From contig NC_086379.1 of NCBI RefSeq assembly GCF_036588685.1, positions 31,744,001 through 31,808,000 on the forward strand: a DNA stretch of 64,000 nucleotides, given 5' to 3'. The translations under genes and the position numbers were made by a program. Shown here piece by piece: positions 11,750-25,212 of this stretch (within the stretch, counting starts at the first letter, position 1; each line of letters opens with the position of its first letter). Under the pieces are notes generated by a model. It saw only the letters and a program-made list of their open reading frames with translations. It was not told the DNA's origin and made no database searches. Source of the stretch: Mytilus trossulus. Its lineage: Eukaryota.

Positions 11750-13200
11750 GTAGAATAGTTTGTGGCGTCCGGTCGGCATTGCGCGTTACTTCTCTGAACT
11801 TCTTCATCTGTCCACGAGATAAAGCATCAGCAATAAAATTGTTTTTGAAAAAATATGCAACGCTTTAAATTAAAAATTAGATAATAATGTCCACAAAACT
11901 ATTTTTCTTAACAAAAAAAAAAAAAAAAAAAAATAATCCTATCATTTTTTGAAGATTTTGATTTAAAAATGTAACAACAGCCATATTATCACAATGAACA
12001 ATTATATTCTTATTCATAAACCTTTGTTTCCATAAAAAGATGGCCAAAGCAATAGGTATAATTTCCAATTAAGTAATGTCACTTAATAAAACTTTGCCCC
12101 AATTATGGCCATTGTAAAATTGCCCATGGTCCATTTAAATAAGCTGCACAAACCAGTGAATGACCACCTGCACTGTCAGTATACAAATGTAAATCAGCAT
12201 TTTAAACCCAATTCAAATCTTGGATATATGTTTAGCCATTAAAACATATTGCCACATATGCAAATCATCTCGTATTCCTTTGGTCAATCTTATAAAATGA
12301 TGAGATATTTTAACATTTTTTAAAAGAGCCAAATAGATGCCTCATAAATGCCCTTCTGGAGGGAAGAGCCCTTGCACAAAAAGCCAATGAACCTGTTAAA
12401 GACGCACTTCTTTCAGAGTAACTTTTCTTTTGCTATAGGAACATCCAAGTTTGAGCAAACTTTTGAAAATGCAGTCGCAAGACAGAGACAGTCATCTTTA
12501 TGAGCTTCTCCAACAAATATAAAATCATCAAGATAATGATCCAAATTTCATAATGCGTTTTATTTTTAACTGACCAATGCAAAAGGTTGAAAATTTTTCA
12601 AATGTAGCACAACTAATAGAACATCCCATGGGCATTATTTTTTGGATATAGTAAAGACCATTTAGTTTCAGATACCTAGTAAATCAAAATCACCAGGATA
12701 ACATTTAAGTAAAGGAAAATGCCGATTTAATATTCATATTTGCCATTAAAGCCGAATTCTCCATTTGTTTTACAATTTTGACTGCATTGACAAATGATGA
12801 ATAAGTGACGTTGATAAACTGAGTATCAATAAAATCATTGATACTTTCATTTGAAAGTAAGACAAATAAGTTATCAATCGAAGTCCACCAGTTTTCTTAG
12901 GAACTAAACCAATAGGAGAGCACCGAAGATTTGAAATAGGTTTATGTTTGAATGGGCCTGCCATTCGACCTAATGATATCTCATTATTCCACTTCTTTTG
13001 AGCTTCAAAATGGTTTTTCAAAACAGACAACAAATTTCTATATTCACAATTCACATGAACGTGTAGACCTAATGAATTTTAAAACCATATTTAAATCCAT
13101 TCAAAAGTTCAACAGCGCATTGCTTATCATGATATAGTTCCAGAAGCTTAGAGAGTTCATTTACATTAACCGGAGATGTTCATAGGGCCCAAATATTAAA
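11750..13200 (-). pseudogene. Ngaro reverse transcriptase / RNase H, disrupted
   Basis: GRMAGPFKHKPISNLRCSPIGLVPKKTGGLRLI; HYLDDF at ~12521-12538; RNase H motifs LYTDSAGG, EIIPIALAIFLW...HCDNMAVV and NFIADALSR. Several frameshifts and stops. Confidence 0.88.
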
Positions 13201-13229
13201 CTGGTCTGGATGTAGTTCTGAAAAATTAT

Positions 13230-14179
13230 AAATTATCTTTGCTTAAAACCTCTTTTTTGGTTTTGTCTATTAGCAGAGTTGTTAACAAAACGTGAAATGT
13301 TATTTCTCTTAAACCTAGATGGACCAGTATTACATTCATAGTCCATAAAGCAACGACAGCATAAAGCAGGATGATTAAAACCACATTTGAGACATGCATG
13401 CCTGTATGGGCAAATGCGTTTATTGGAAAAACCTTTAAAATTAAAATCACAGCATTTATATCCAACATTAGCCTGCTGTTGTTTTTGAGTATTGTTAGTT
13501 AAAATACGCAACAACAAAAAATAAATAAAAATCTATGGATGACTGTATGATCCCTTGATACAACTCAAACGAAATTATTGGTCATAAGAATACCATTTTT
13601 CGACAGGATGATCAGCCGCTGCACCGCTTATGATTGACATATATGAGAAAAGTTCACTTGCTTTTCCCGGATACCTTTCAATAAGGACCTGGACACAAGC
13701 AATACAACCATCAGTCCAATCCTCAACATAATTAACAGTATGGTTTTTCTAAACTTTGTTTTGTATAACCAGCATACCGTCATTAATTTCAATGGTGTTT
13801 TCATTTTGTTTGACTGTTGAAATTGTTTTGATGCATTAGGGACAAATCAATATATTCAATGCAAAAAAATTTTCCTTAAGCTTTTGAGTTATCAATATAA
13901 CAACCTCATTAAAACCAGGCAACATAGAGGTTCATCAAAAACATCAATAACCTCACCTAAGGCAGCTAATTCAGGTTCAATCTCTTGAATTCTACATCTG
14001 GTTGCAAGGCAACTAGTCGAGGTTCATCAACCCTCCGTCGTCTTACTACAGGGGCATCTTGATCAACTTTGGGACGCCTTTTTTCATTCCAAATGGTGGT
14101 TGAAGTTGTTCCCTGGGAGCCATTCTAAGACGAAGTCTAACCGTGCATGCCGACGACGCCTGCCTCTACCTCTTGGCAT
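13230..14179 (-). pseudogene. Ngaro gag-like ORF1, frameshifted
   Basis: Starts MPRGRGRRRRH. Contains KWYSYDQ*FRL (W..YD..FR motif, ~13570-13600) and a Cys/His knuckle CCDFNFKG..NKRICPYRHACLKCGFNHPALCC. Confidence 0.75.
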
Positions 14180-14896
14180 TGTTATAAACTATTATAATTA
14201 TTAAAACAGATTAGCTACATACATCAAGTCTTGAAAGCCAATTCATCTTTCAAAATATAAATTCAACTTCTTATTCTCTCATTCAAGTTAGATAAATAAA
14301 ATACCACATATAACCCACTACGTTGTCTTAAATAAAATTAATATATATTTGAATGCATTAAACAACTGAAGTTGGTAACAAAACACAATTAAAACAAGTG
14401 CAATGTTCCTTCAAACCAAATATAACGTCGATATAAACGATAAGTTAAATTAACAAGCTTATTTAATTATCCGCAAATCAAAAAACTTATAAAAGATGTA
14501 CGTGTAACAAATTAAACATTAGCGGGCATGTAAATGTTAAAACGGCTTACACTACAAACATGTAATTACCTGTTTAAAGAATATCGCTCATACATTACAA
14601 TCAAAACAAATATATCACCTGTATTAAAGCATTTTAAATTTAATGCTATTCAATGATTAATATATGTGTGCACAAATGTAACTATTAAATAATAGTCTAA
14701 TCAGTATAAATGCTATCCAAGTAAGCGATACATTGAATTAAGAATCAAAATTTTTGCAAGAACAACTTTCAAATAAAATAGAATTATTCTTTATAAATTA
14801 CAGAAATAAAATCTTTCGGAAAATTCAACTGCAACAACTATATCAATTTATCACTAAAACATATGAACTTATCTTATGTCTGAATCAGCCTATCCC

Positions 14897-15105
14897 TTGT
14901 GTTCCTTCAGTTGAAATCACGCAATGAACAAATCACGAAAAGCATGCAATTTTATACCAAATAAAAGCGGGAAAACCGCTTACGAAATTATGTAGATAAA
15001 CAAAAGACGCTCAAGTCCTTCAAAATTAAAGAAAAGATAACTCTAGTTTAGCAGACGATAATCTTAATTTATTAAATTGATTTAATGCTTAATGATTAAA
15101 TCTTA
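14897..15105 (-). repeat. Split direct repeat A1 (209 bp)
   Basis: Identical by eye to 8839-9047. Confidence 0.95.
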
Positions 15106-15313
15106 GTAAAAAAAAATCCCGATACACTGGTAGTAATAATCTGAATTATAGGCAACAAACTTCTAAATATGAGCGATGTTCAATCTTGAAATTTATTACG
15201 TTATGTCGGTTGAAGGAATCACCTTTCATTATAATGTTAAGAGTCTTAAAATCAAGATATTAATGTGTTGAATTATTCAACTAATGAATATTCATTAGTA
15301 ATTTGCATATTAA

Positions 15314-15472
15314 TCTCAGTGTGTATTTTTGAAATCTCATTGTGTAGTTAACAATTTTCAGTGTATGTTTTGCAATTTATTTCACCTCAGTGTGTCTTTT
15401 TAAAATCTCAGTGTGTAATTTTGAATTATCAGTGTGTGTTTTTTATTTTTTTAAATCTCAGTGAGTATTTTT
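15314..15472. repeat. Degenerate ~21-bp tandem repeat (CTCAGTGTGTATTTTTGAAAT)
   Basis: About 7 recurrences of TCAGTGTG-like units. Confidence 0.75.
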
Positions 15473-18400
15473 TCCAAAAACGGATTTAAACATAGTTTTG
15501 ACGAGAACGGCTTGCCATAAAATAACTTAAAAATTACAAACTAAGGTTTACCTAAACTTTTTCCTGATCATATTAACAGCAACACTAATATATATAGGCA
15601 GATTGTATTGTCTCAATACAAACGTAAAGCAATTTCCCCACGTCAAACTTTCGTGTACGAAATTCTTAACCTGTAAATTAACTTAGTCTATTTTAGTGTA
15701 CAGTAGATACGGTTGGCTATATTTGTAATGGCAGTGCGAGTGCCTCATGATTCGATCTTCCGAGTGTTATCAAACGGTGTCTTTATGTAAAAGCTTGTAT
15801 GTCATGTCTGACCCAAGGTTATCGTTATTTTTCTTTTACAATGCCTATAAAAGTCCACTGCTTCATAAATCATTCCGACGATTTAATCGTCTGCCTACAT
15901 TAGTTTTACAGGAATGGTTCGTAGTTATACTGACCCCTTGTAACTTATTTTGATGTCCAAACACCATAAGCATTCTATCACATGAAACCGGAAGTTAATT
16001 ACTTTGTTGAAGTAATCTGAGTTATCAAAACATTTGTTACAATCGTACTGGATTGTGCAGACATTTGTCTTATTTATATAGTCTTCAGAACAGACAAAGA
16101 TCATCAAAAGCCAATTAATCATTAAAAACCGATACGTTGTGATAATTTATATCATAAACCAAGAAAAATTTAATTAATCGTTTCCGAGTGAGAAAACATT
16201 TAAATCAATTTAGAAAAAGTTGTATGTATTCCTTAAAGTATTTTCGTCCAGATAAAGCGGTTACTCACATTTGCACTGTTACTAATCAGTCTATTTTCTA
16301 AAGGCTTTATAAGCAGTAAACTGTAGCTGGAATATCTCAAGTGGTTTTTAGCCAATTATTGTTCCGAACCAAAGAGTTATAATGGTTCCTGTATTCTATA
16401 ATAGCTAATCCTGTTAAATCACTGAAACGAAATGTATTGTACAAAGATGTTCTTATATCAAAGTTAATGTTTGCATTAGACGGGAGGATATTATCAAAGT
16501 AAAGTCAATTGCATTTAGTAGAAATAGTCATTCAGTAAAAATAATTCTTACTATGAAAGTAAGAAGATCTAGTATGATAATTTTCATGATCAACTCGATC
16601 TTTACCAGTGACAAAACAACTTAGATTTACATAAACGTTTTCGTAAATGTGAATTATACTAAAATCTAAACTCTTCAATAATTATAAAAAATAATTATCG
16701 CATGGCATGTTGTCATGTATCTTTTATATTTCTGTTAGTTCACATTTTAAAGGGAACCATTAACAGATCAAATATGGTCAGTAAACAATGCAAGTTTAGA
16801 CAAGCTTAATATTAGTTTAGCTATTGATAAAATCGATCTCACAAGGATACTCATGGGTGCTATCAAAAGTTTACAATAGACCACATCATGGCCATCAGCA
16901 ACAATTGAAAAAGGACAATAAGGGTTCATATACCAGCAACAAAACATTAAATTTAGCAATCCAAATGTCATAAAAAAATTAAGTTGATCTCGCGGAAATC
17001 AGAAAGGTAAAAAGATTTCTTCTTCGGTTGAAGGTCGTCGTGTTGTTGGGGCAAAACAAAATCAGATAATTAATGTTTTTTAATTTTAATTTAATTTTTT
17101 ATGAGGAACAGAGAACGGTATAAATCGTATACACCGTATGTGTATCTCAACGGTTAATTTTGCTTCTTAGATTTCTTGGTGTTTAATGCCATTTTCAGAA
17201 TATTGCGCCTTTTCTGGGAAGTCATTTTTAATAGGTGTAGAAAGCTAGAGTTCCCAAAGAGAAAATATAAGTTAAATAGGAAAATGGACAGACCGTGCAA
17301 GGGCTGTATAGCTGCAAGATCGTTAAAAACTTCCATAGGACAATTTACAATCCCAGTCAATTAAGATTGAGTCGAAAGCACCAAAGCGTACTGAGTTCAA
17401 ACTTACAACTCACTGTTAATAGGCTATTGATACAGTAGTGTCAGTTACTTAAACAAATTGAACTAAGTTCATCTACATTACAGATTTATTTTCATATTAG
17501 TCAAGTATCCTTTATTAAAAAAGACAGGTTTCCTATATGGTCTCAAGGATTGTGACCGGATTTATTTCTGTTCAAGAACAATTAAAAGCTGAAAATAGTG
17601 TGCCGACTTTCTTTAGGCAAAGGGTTTTGTTATCTTTGTTCTTTACTTTTAAAAATACGTATCTGGTTCCCTTGGCGAGTCAAAAATCATTTAGATTTTT
17701 CAAACATCAAAATTGCGTGTATTGTAACCGTCAATCGGTACATGAATTATATACTCTTTTTGGTCTCTTGAAAGCTTTCTCATTGACAATCATATCACAT
17801 CTTTTTTTTTATAGTTACAATAAATCATTTTAACACAAATTGAATTTCTCTCTACTTTTTGAATTTCGGCTGTTTAAGGTAAGTAAAAATCTCGTATGTT
17901 TTTATGTAGGTAAAATGTTTGGCACCTAGTCAAAATAATAACAGATAATTAACGCAAAATGATTCCTAAATTTGATTTGACTTCTTTGCTTTGGATAATT
18001 GATTCATATGTATATGACAGATGTTGTCCATTCGTTTGATGTGTTTGAGCTTTTGAGTTTGCCATTTGATTAGGGACTCTCCGTTTTGAATTTTCCTCGG
18101 AGTTCAGTATTTTTGTGATTTTACTTTAAACATCGTGAAAGGTTTAGTAGTCAACTTATCTTGAGTTTTTTTTATTACTCAGATTCCTTTTTTGTAATAT
18201 ATATCGAAATATCTGATTTATTTTTTCCCTGCATATCTGATTTTCATTATTTTTCATTTTACTAATTGTCTAGTTCTGAATGGCTTACTTCCTATAATCT
18301 TGGGTAATATTCTCTTGAAAGAATTGTTAATGGCCTCCACAAATCAATTAAACACGACTTTTAAAATGTAAAACTGATCCGTTCTTATTTTATCTTTGCG

Positions 18401-21135
18401 AATTTACTGAATAGAAAATCAACCTAGTTATTGAATTTTTTACATTTATTTACAAACCCCATATGTCTGATAGAAGTGGAAGACATGCAAATGTAGTAAT
18501 TTAAGATAATGTCAATCAGCGCATCTTTATTTGACATAATACGTTAGAAATTTCAATTTCCGAGAATTCGAATTCAATTCTGAAGTTTGTATCATGATCA
18601 GTCATAGTAATAGGAATTCACAAGAAAATCACTTCCCAATGAATACAAATACCAAATATTAATATCCGTACGTAGAGTTCAACACTTAACGTTAAGCTAT
18701 CAATTTGCTTTTAAGTTTAAAGAATATTTTCACTTAAAACTAACTTTATCACCATGTAAGTATATGTATCCCAGTTTATTATCAAACAAATCATTCTTTA
18801 ATCGGATAAACTTACGCTCGAAGTTACTGTTCGGTGGCTGAAGTCTTAAATTGTAGATGTAATATATGGAGACTTATATAGTATCACCCTAGTTAAACTA
18901 CTTATATCTGACCTTGCCGATTATACTAAATTACACGAGTCTACGAATTGTAAAAAATAAACGGAGGAATTTTTTAGAACAGAAGAAATTATGCAAACAT
19001 GACTTATTTTGTTTTTATTTAGAAGGCTTTAAAAAGATAGAAATATTTTAATTTTTAAGCTATCTGTTTCCATGAATACTTAACTAGTTACTGACAGACA
19101 TCACAAACTCTTAGCTTTTTAGATCTTTTAAAATAAAAAAACCAATTGATATCATTGTAGACAAAAAAAAAGGAAATAATTATTATGGGGACGAAGTCCC
19201 CAATAACAATAGAAAAATCAAAAAAAAATCAAAAAAAGCCCAAAATGTTCATTGTACTAAGAACTCAAAATCGTTCATTTTATTTAAGGTCATGTTTTGA
19301 ATTCCTGCATTTGCGCAGAAATCTACAATGTTCTTCCCTTATCCGGTCTCGTTTGTATGAAACTTTGAGTAAAATATATATTTATCAGTCTAGTATAAAA
19401 TAGGAAGAAACGCAATACCAATTTCATTTTTAATAATTTCTTGATATGAAAAACGTTACCTGATGATAGCGTTTCTTTGTTTACATTGCATAAGTCGTCA
19501 TAACTTAAATAACTTCACAACTTAAATCCAACAACAGAACCAAAATCGGAAACGGTATTTCCGTTTCTTTTTTTTTTTAACAAATATTTAAGATACAAAA
19601 AGAAATTCATACAGACTTTGTTCCCATTTACAGGTAATGCCTGCCTCATATTATAATGCTTTTTAGTAATATTAATGACAGGTTGGCACAGTCAAAAGAT
19701 GACTATGATATTGATGATATTTAATCGACGGGGATTTCAAAGGGGAATGAGAAACTTCAGTCAAAACTGAAAAGCAAAACTATAATGTCTCATTGGCCAC
19801 ATCTTTTTTTTATATTTCATATTGACATATATGATATATGTTACACTTTATAACTTAAGTAAAAGCTGTTGTAAAACATCAATGAAACAAGAAAAAATAT
19901 CCAATTAACATATTTATAAGGATTTTCTACAATGTATGTCTAATTCAGAATCATTACGTATGAAATTGGTTCTACTTCTAACGCAATTAAGTCTTTATGT
20001 GAGTAGAATAATAACCCATAAAAACGTGATGATAAGCAGACGATTTATAATAAAAATACATGTTCTTAAACTACTCATGATAACAAAGGCTACCCAAAAG
20101 ATTTTACGGTTTTATGTCAATGTAAAATTAATAAAATTGTTTGATGCGCTGAATTTTCATTATGATTAAATGCTTATTTTGTGTATATTTATAGGATGAT
20201 TGTACAAAAATGAGATGTGTGATAGTTGGCAATATAGAATCTCCAAACAAATATTCCCGGTAAAATATAATTATGATTCGACTGTTTTAATGACAAACGG
20301 AAATTAATTTGTTAAAGTGTGAGATACATATCTCGTCATAGACAAAAACCATATAATTAAAGAACATCAGAAAAAATGACAAAAACTTATATTTATCATT
20401 ATGACGGAAAGCCATAAAACATATCTATAGAATAACAATTAGAAGCCCTGTTGTTGCATCTCATCAAATGAAGAAAAAAATATGACAACGATGTTATAAT
20501 GCCACGTATTTCTGGTGTTATCAGGAATGATTGAAATCAAACAAACCGTTATATATATGATTTCCAAATTTTTAAGCGAATGTAAACATGCAAAAAAGTA
20601 TAAAAATCACTGATCACATTATCAGAGGAAGTTGTCGCAACTGAACAAAAAATAGTAAGACTAGTCTTTATTTGTGCAAAAAATACTGAAGTTAGATATA
20701 ATTTTTCCTGTGTTTTTTTTGTGTCTCATTGACACATACACAGCATATATCTTTGATTGTACATTGATTTTCTAATAATAAAATGAAATACATGTATATC
20801 CTAAATCCAACAACTAGTCAACAATTGAAATCTCTATTATGGATCTGAGGACAGGGGGCACTTGAGGTCATTTGATGTGTAATGTGTTTAATGTTTTGTT
20901 TTACGTAAATATAAATGTCATCATTATATTTTTGTTCATACATATAATTGTTATGCCTTTGACCCTCTTGCATGTCTTATGGGTGTAAATTGTACTTTAA
21001 GTTAGTAAAGTTAGATAACTGCAGGTAGTGCCACTTGTTTTAAATCGTAATTTGTCGATTAGCGTTGAAATAAATCATATATATATATATGTGTAAATCC
21101 AGTCTACTTCTAACATATTGAGACCATTCCAAATT

Positions 21136-21222
21136 TCGTTACTGATAAGTATTTTGTGGACGAAACGCGCGTCTTGCGTTAATATAAAACGTCAATCCTG
21201 GTATATGTGATGCGTTTATTTA
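21136..21222 (+). repeat. Retrozyme fragment with degenerate hammerhead
   Basis: TCGTTA CTGATAA GTAT TTTGT GGAC GAAAC GCGC GTC TTGCGT...AATCCTGGTA. Confidence 0.75.
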
Positions 21223-21539
21223 TGTATATTCATTCATTTGCTTTTGCCAACTATTATTTCTAGTACACAAACAGTTCATCGAAAAAGGTACGTAGAACAT
21301 GTATTTTCTATTTAGTTAGCCACAAATAGTAATAACATACTAAATAAAATAAGTAACATATGAAAGGGGACAAAAAAGTGACTGAAAACCCAATGGTTAA
21401 ATGCAGAGAAGACACAATGACAAACATGAGTCCTTCAAAACACCACACACACACTTAGTTGTGCATGTTTTGCGTGTGATTTCATCTTTCAGTTTTCCTA
21501 GTGGTGCATATACTTTACATTAGATAATAAATTACTTAC

Positions 21540-21905
21540 ATATGAAATCATCGGAAGATTGAATGCAGAAGCTATCCTTCCTTCGTGTATACATGTTTCC
21601 TGAGGTCCGATATAAACGGAAATATTATGTTTTAATAATTCCACTGTTTGGCGAATACTCTCCTTTTCACTACCATATGTTTCTGCAGATGTGAAAACTA
21701 GCATATGATTTGGTAATAATGTTGAGTCTGAATTAATTTCGTCCAATGCAAAGGTTAGTGCACCTGATATAGATTGACCAGGGCGCTGGTAATATTTACC
21801 TAATTGTTCCGATCCGGTTAAATATCCTAAACGGATAACGTCACTTCCAAAAGTAAATGTCACAAATCTATAACACATTACCAGAAAATAAATAAAATTT
21901 ATCAT
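21540..21905 (-). CDS. Gyc32E: Receptor-type guanylate cyclase (Gyc32E-like), first coding exon: signal peptide and start of the ANF-receptor-type ligand-binding domain
   Basis: MINFIYFLVMC...GYLTGSEQLGKYYQRPGQSISGALTFALDEIN...AETYGSEKESIRQT...YIGPQETCIHEGRIASAFNLPMISY matches recalled insect Gyc32E motifs (GYLTGS, RPG.TISGA, AETYG, YIGPQETCVHEGR.AAAFNLPMISYYC). Hydrophobic N-terminus. 366 nt ending at a GTAAGT donor (21539-21534), phase 0. Confidence 0.9.
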
Positions 21906-21962
21906 TTTCGTTAACTTTCATTATCCATATATGCAATCACAACATTATTTCTGTAGCTTCAT
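21906..21962 (-). other. 5' UTR part of the first coding exon, implying an unlocated upstream non-coding exon
   Basis: Pyrimidine tract plus AG (TTTATTTTTCAG) ends at 21963; an in-frame TGA lies just upstream of the ATG at 21905. Confidence 0.55.
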
Positions 21963-24900
21963 CTGAAAAATAAATATAAACTTATTCACGCCACATTCAT
22001 GCATGCATATTGGGTAATTATCGAAAGACGCAGAAAAATTTGCCGCCCCGCTAATTTGTTTCTGTGGCGTATGTAACTATAATAACTACTTTTTAACGTC
22101 CTCAGAGAAAAGCAAACGAAGTCAGCATCACTGATGCAGGAGATTATATAGACTATCGAGTTAACGTGAACTTTGATTTTTAACAAATGGCAAATTAAAT
22201 TACTGTTTTTCTCCAACAGAGTATAAAGTAAATGATCCGAAGCATTAGTTGCTTGATAACTTTGTTTTCTCGTGGAAATTAATTAGCTGTTAAACTGTTA
22301 TTTCTGAAACGTTTAATCTATTTCTGAAATAAGAAACAAAATTAAATAGATTCTTTTTCATAAGTCACTTAACACACGTAGTGTAGATACAGTTTAATTA
22401 ACTTTCCAGAGAACTTTCTGGCTTTTTCACTGAGATTTCACTGAGATATATGTAAGCTCCCAGTGTGCAGATACATTTTCGATATTGCTCTCCGAGACTT
22501 CGAAGATAAAAATTCGCAGCATAAGTTAACCTCCTGATAGTTTTACTTCCTAGTGAGACTTAAACTATCATTGCTTGCAAGGTTATAATCAGAGGACAGT
22601 TCTAAACCCCCTCTATTGTTTAAAACAGGACTGAATTATGTGTTATATATCGAAAGTAAATCATAACACCGACTGATTATTACTGATGCTCGTGCATTTG
22701 TTGTATCAAAAATAAAAAAAACAGGCAGAAACAACGCTCGAAAATAATTTTGTATTTGCACAAGTACCAGTTAAGATAATATTCTGAACGATTAAATGTA
22801 TAGTCTGGAGCCTTCGATTTAGTGGTTGTTGTTGTATATTATATATGTTTTTCGTTCATTATTATTTTTTTCTCTTTTGAAATGTTTTACATTTGTCATA
22901 ATGTCTGAACCTTTTTTAGCGGACTATGCGGTATGAGTTTAACTGTATGTTGAATGCCGTTCAGTGACCTATAGTTGTGTTTGCTGTGTCAATATGGTCT
23001 CTTGTAATGAGTTGATACTAAAGGGCAATCATACCACATCTTTTTATTTCTATAAAAAAAATAACAATTTTAACGTTACACAAAAGGTTAAAATGATTAG
23101 CAAGGTGCAGTTCATTCTGAAGTTATAACTGTAGTGATGTTTTTGATGGATTAATGATCACTTAGAATGAAAGCAAATAATGTTGTGGTTTCAATAAGCA
23201 TGTTTTACTCTTTTTAAATAAACCATAAGTTATGCAATTGGTTTATGCTAGTTTAAACTAAGTGGTAAACTTTATAGCATATGTAGGCCTAGAGGAATTT
23301 ATCATTTTGATTGAAGTTTGCAGTTGCTTGTAATAAGTGTTCATATCTTCAAACATCATGTTGTTTCTCTGCTGAAAGTTGCTTGTAATGGGGTGAAATT
23401 TTCATGACAAGAGAAACATTATGGCATGATTACGATCCGTCTCCGGTTTTTTTGTGTAGTTTCTGTTGCGAATCATCAGATTTATGTTTAGGGGTTTATT
23501 GGCGTTAATTTTTATAGTCGTCTTATGTCACTCAGTTGGTTTTTTTTCTTGCCTTGGTCCGTTGGTATTTTTTTTTGCACCTTGAGTCAATACTATATAA
23601 CAGTAGGATAGTCTGATTTGACTATTCAACTTGATATTAAGAAACTCGATTTCTTTTAAATTTTCAATACATCTGTATTGTCACACCGTATTGATAAGAA
23701 ATAGACATGATTATGTACCAGATAAAATAAAATGGAAAAAAACCCATCAACATTTAGTCACTGTAAGGATACCGTAAAACTCTTATATTTCGATGAGTTT
23801 TTAAAGTGTGTTTTATTTTAGTTTATGAGCATGTGATTTTTTAAATATCTATTTAATGTCCTTAACACTTCGTTCCGAAAAAAATATCACAGAAAAATTG
23901 TTTAAAACTTTCAAACAGATTTTCACAACTGCAAACAACAAACAGACAACCAGACAAACAAACAATCAGTTTAAACTGAGTTTACGGTAGGGAGTTTGCT
24001 TATTGTTGAAGGCCGAACGTAGTAATTGCATGTATCCACATCATTTCAATACTCTGGTAGATAGTTGTCTCATTAGGTATCACATCACATCTCCTTACTT
24101 TTTCAGCCATTTAATCTAGAACTTGTCATTATTAGTTTAAAGACATTATAACACATTATAATGTCTGCATATTAAATTTATGAAGATATTTATTTTCATT
24201 TTTTAAGTCAAATTAAAACAATAAAATAAATATGAGGGAAAAAAAACAATCTATCACATATGGCAAACTATTTTAAAAAGTTTGAAGAATTTTACACATT
24301 GTTTTCTATAAAGAATTAATGCTCATAGTAACAGACAATTCAGATATTATACATGTAGTGGCAGTGAACCAACCGCAGAAACATTGAAGACAACATTCAT
24401 ATTGAAAAAAACAGATATTTCACTTCTATAAACATGAAGTCGTGTCAATTTCAAACACGATATCCAACACTCGAAGAAACTTGATAGGACATATACGTTT
24501 CAGTCTCGATGTTTTTAATGACAAATTAAGTGGTAGTTATATGAGACTGGGACACTAAATACTAAATTAAGGCAGAAAAAAACTGCTTTGGTTCGTGCAA
24601 TGACATAATAGTGATAGTATTATGTTGCCAGAAATCGAACAATTTAGCTTTTTATTTATCTACATAAAACCTGATTGCTTTACGTTGAAAAAAAGATTGC
24701 AGTCACTTTATTCAAAACTCAAATAAAACGGAAGTTGTAGGACATTCACACTGATATGAACTTCCTAAATATTATTTCAGCACGCCATTCCATCATCACA
24801 TACATTTTCATTAACGAGAGAACTTATAGGACTTGCTTGGAAAAATACAGATTTTATAAGACATTGTCATCTAAATAGCCCGATAATTTAGAATTGGAAG

Positions 24901-25130
24901 TTTATGTTTTGTAGTTTGATAAGGACATACAAGCGTTGATTGAAACATATTTTGTATGAAGCGCGAAAGCGCTCTAAACTAAAGATTTGCGCCTTATGAA
25001 ATTATAAAAGAAGCCTAAAAAAAAAATTGTTTGGGTTCTATTTGAATATTTGATATTGATATTTCAATAATTAAACAGTTCACGAGAAAAAGAAGGGATT
25101 AAGTTCCAATTGTAAATTACGTTAGTTGCA

Positions 25131-25212
25131 CTAATGAATGATCCCATGTTGTAGACGAAACGCGCATTTGGCGTATAAAAATTTAATCCTAGTGAATATA
25201 ATGAGTTTCTTT
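25131..25212 (+). repeat. Retrozyme fragment with degenerate hammerhead
   Basis: CTAATGA...GTAGACGAAACGCGCATTTGGCGTA...AATCCTAGT. Confidence 0.65.

Larger units (their letters stand above)
8341..15105 (-). mobile_element. Ngaro-type (DIRS-class) tyrosine-recombinase retrotransposon with split direct repeats, coding-defective
   Basis: Minus-strand order: A1 (15105-14897), gag, RT/RH, YR, hydrolase remnant, minisatellite, B1 (9427-9048), A2 (9047-8839), 118-bp spacer, B2 (8720-8341). The A1..B1A2B2 layout is diagnostic of Ngaro/PAT-type elements. Confidence 0.92.

Noticed and set aside
19180-19656. GGGGAC-GAA-GTCCCC hairpin and possible non-autonomous element
   Set aside because: Only one copy in the window and no clear termini.
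22200-22323. Possible upstream non-coding exon of the cyclase
   Set aside because: An acceptor-like tract exists at 22324, but the donor is weak; cannot be supported without transcripts.
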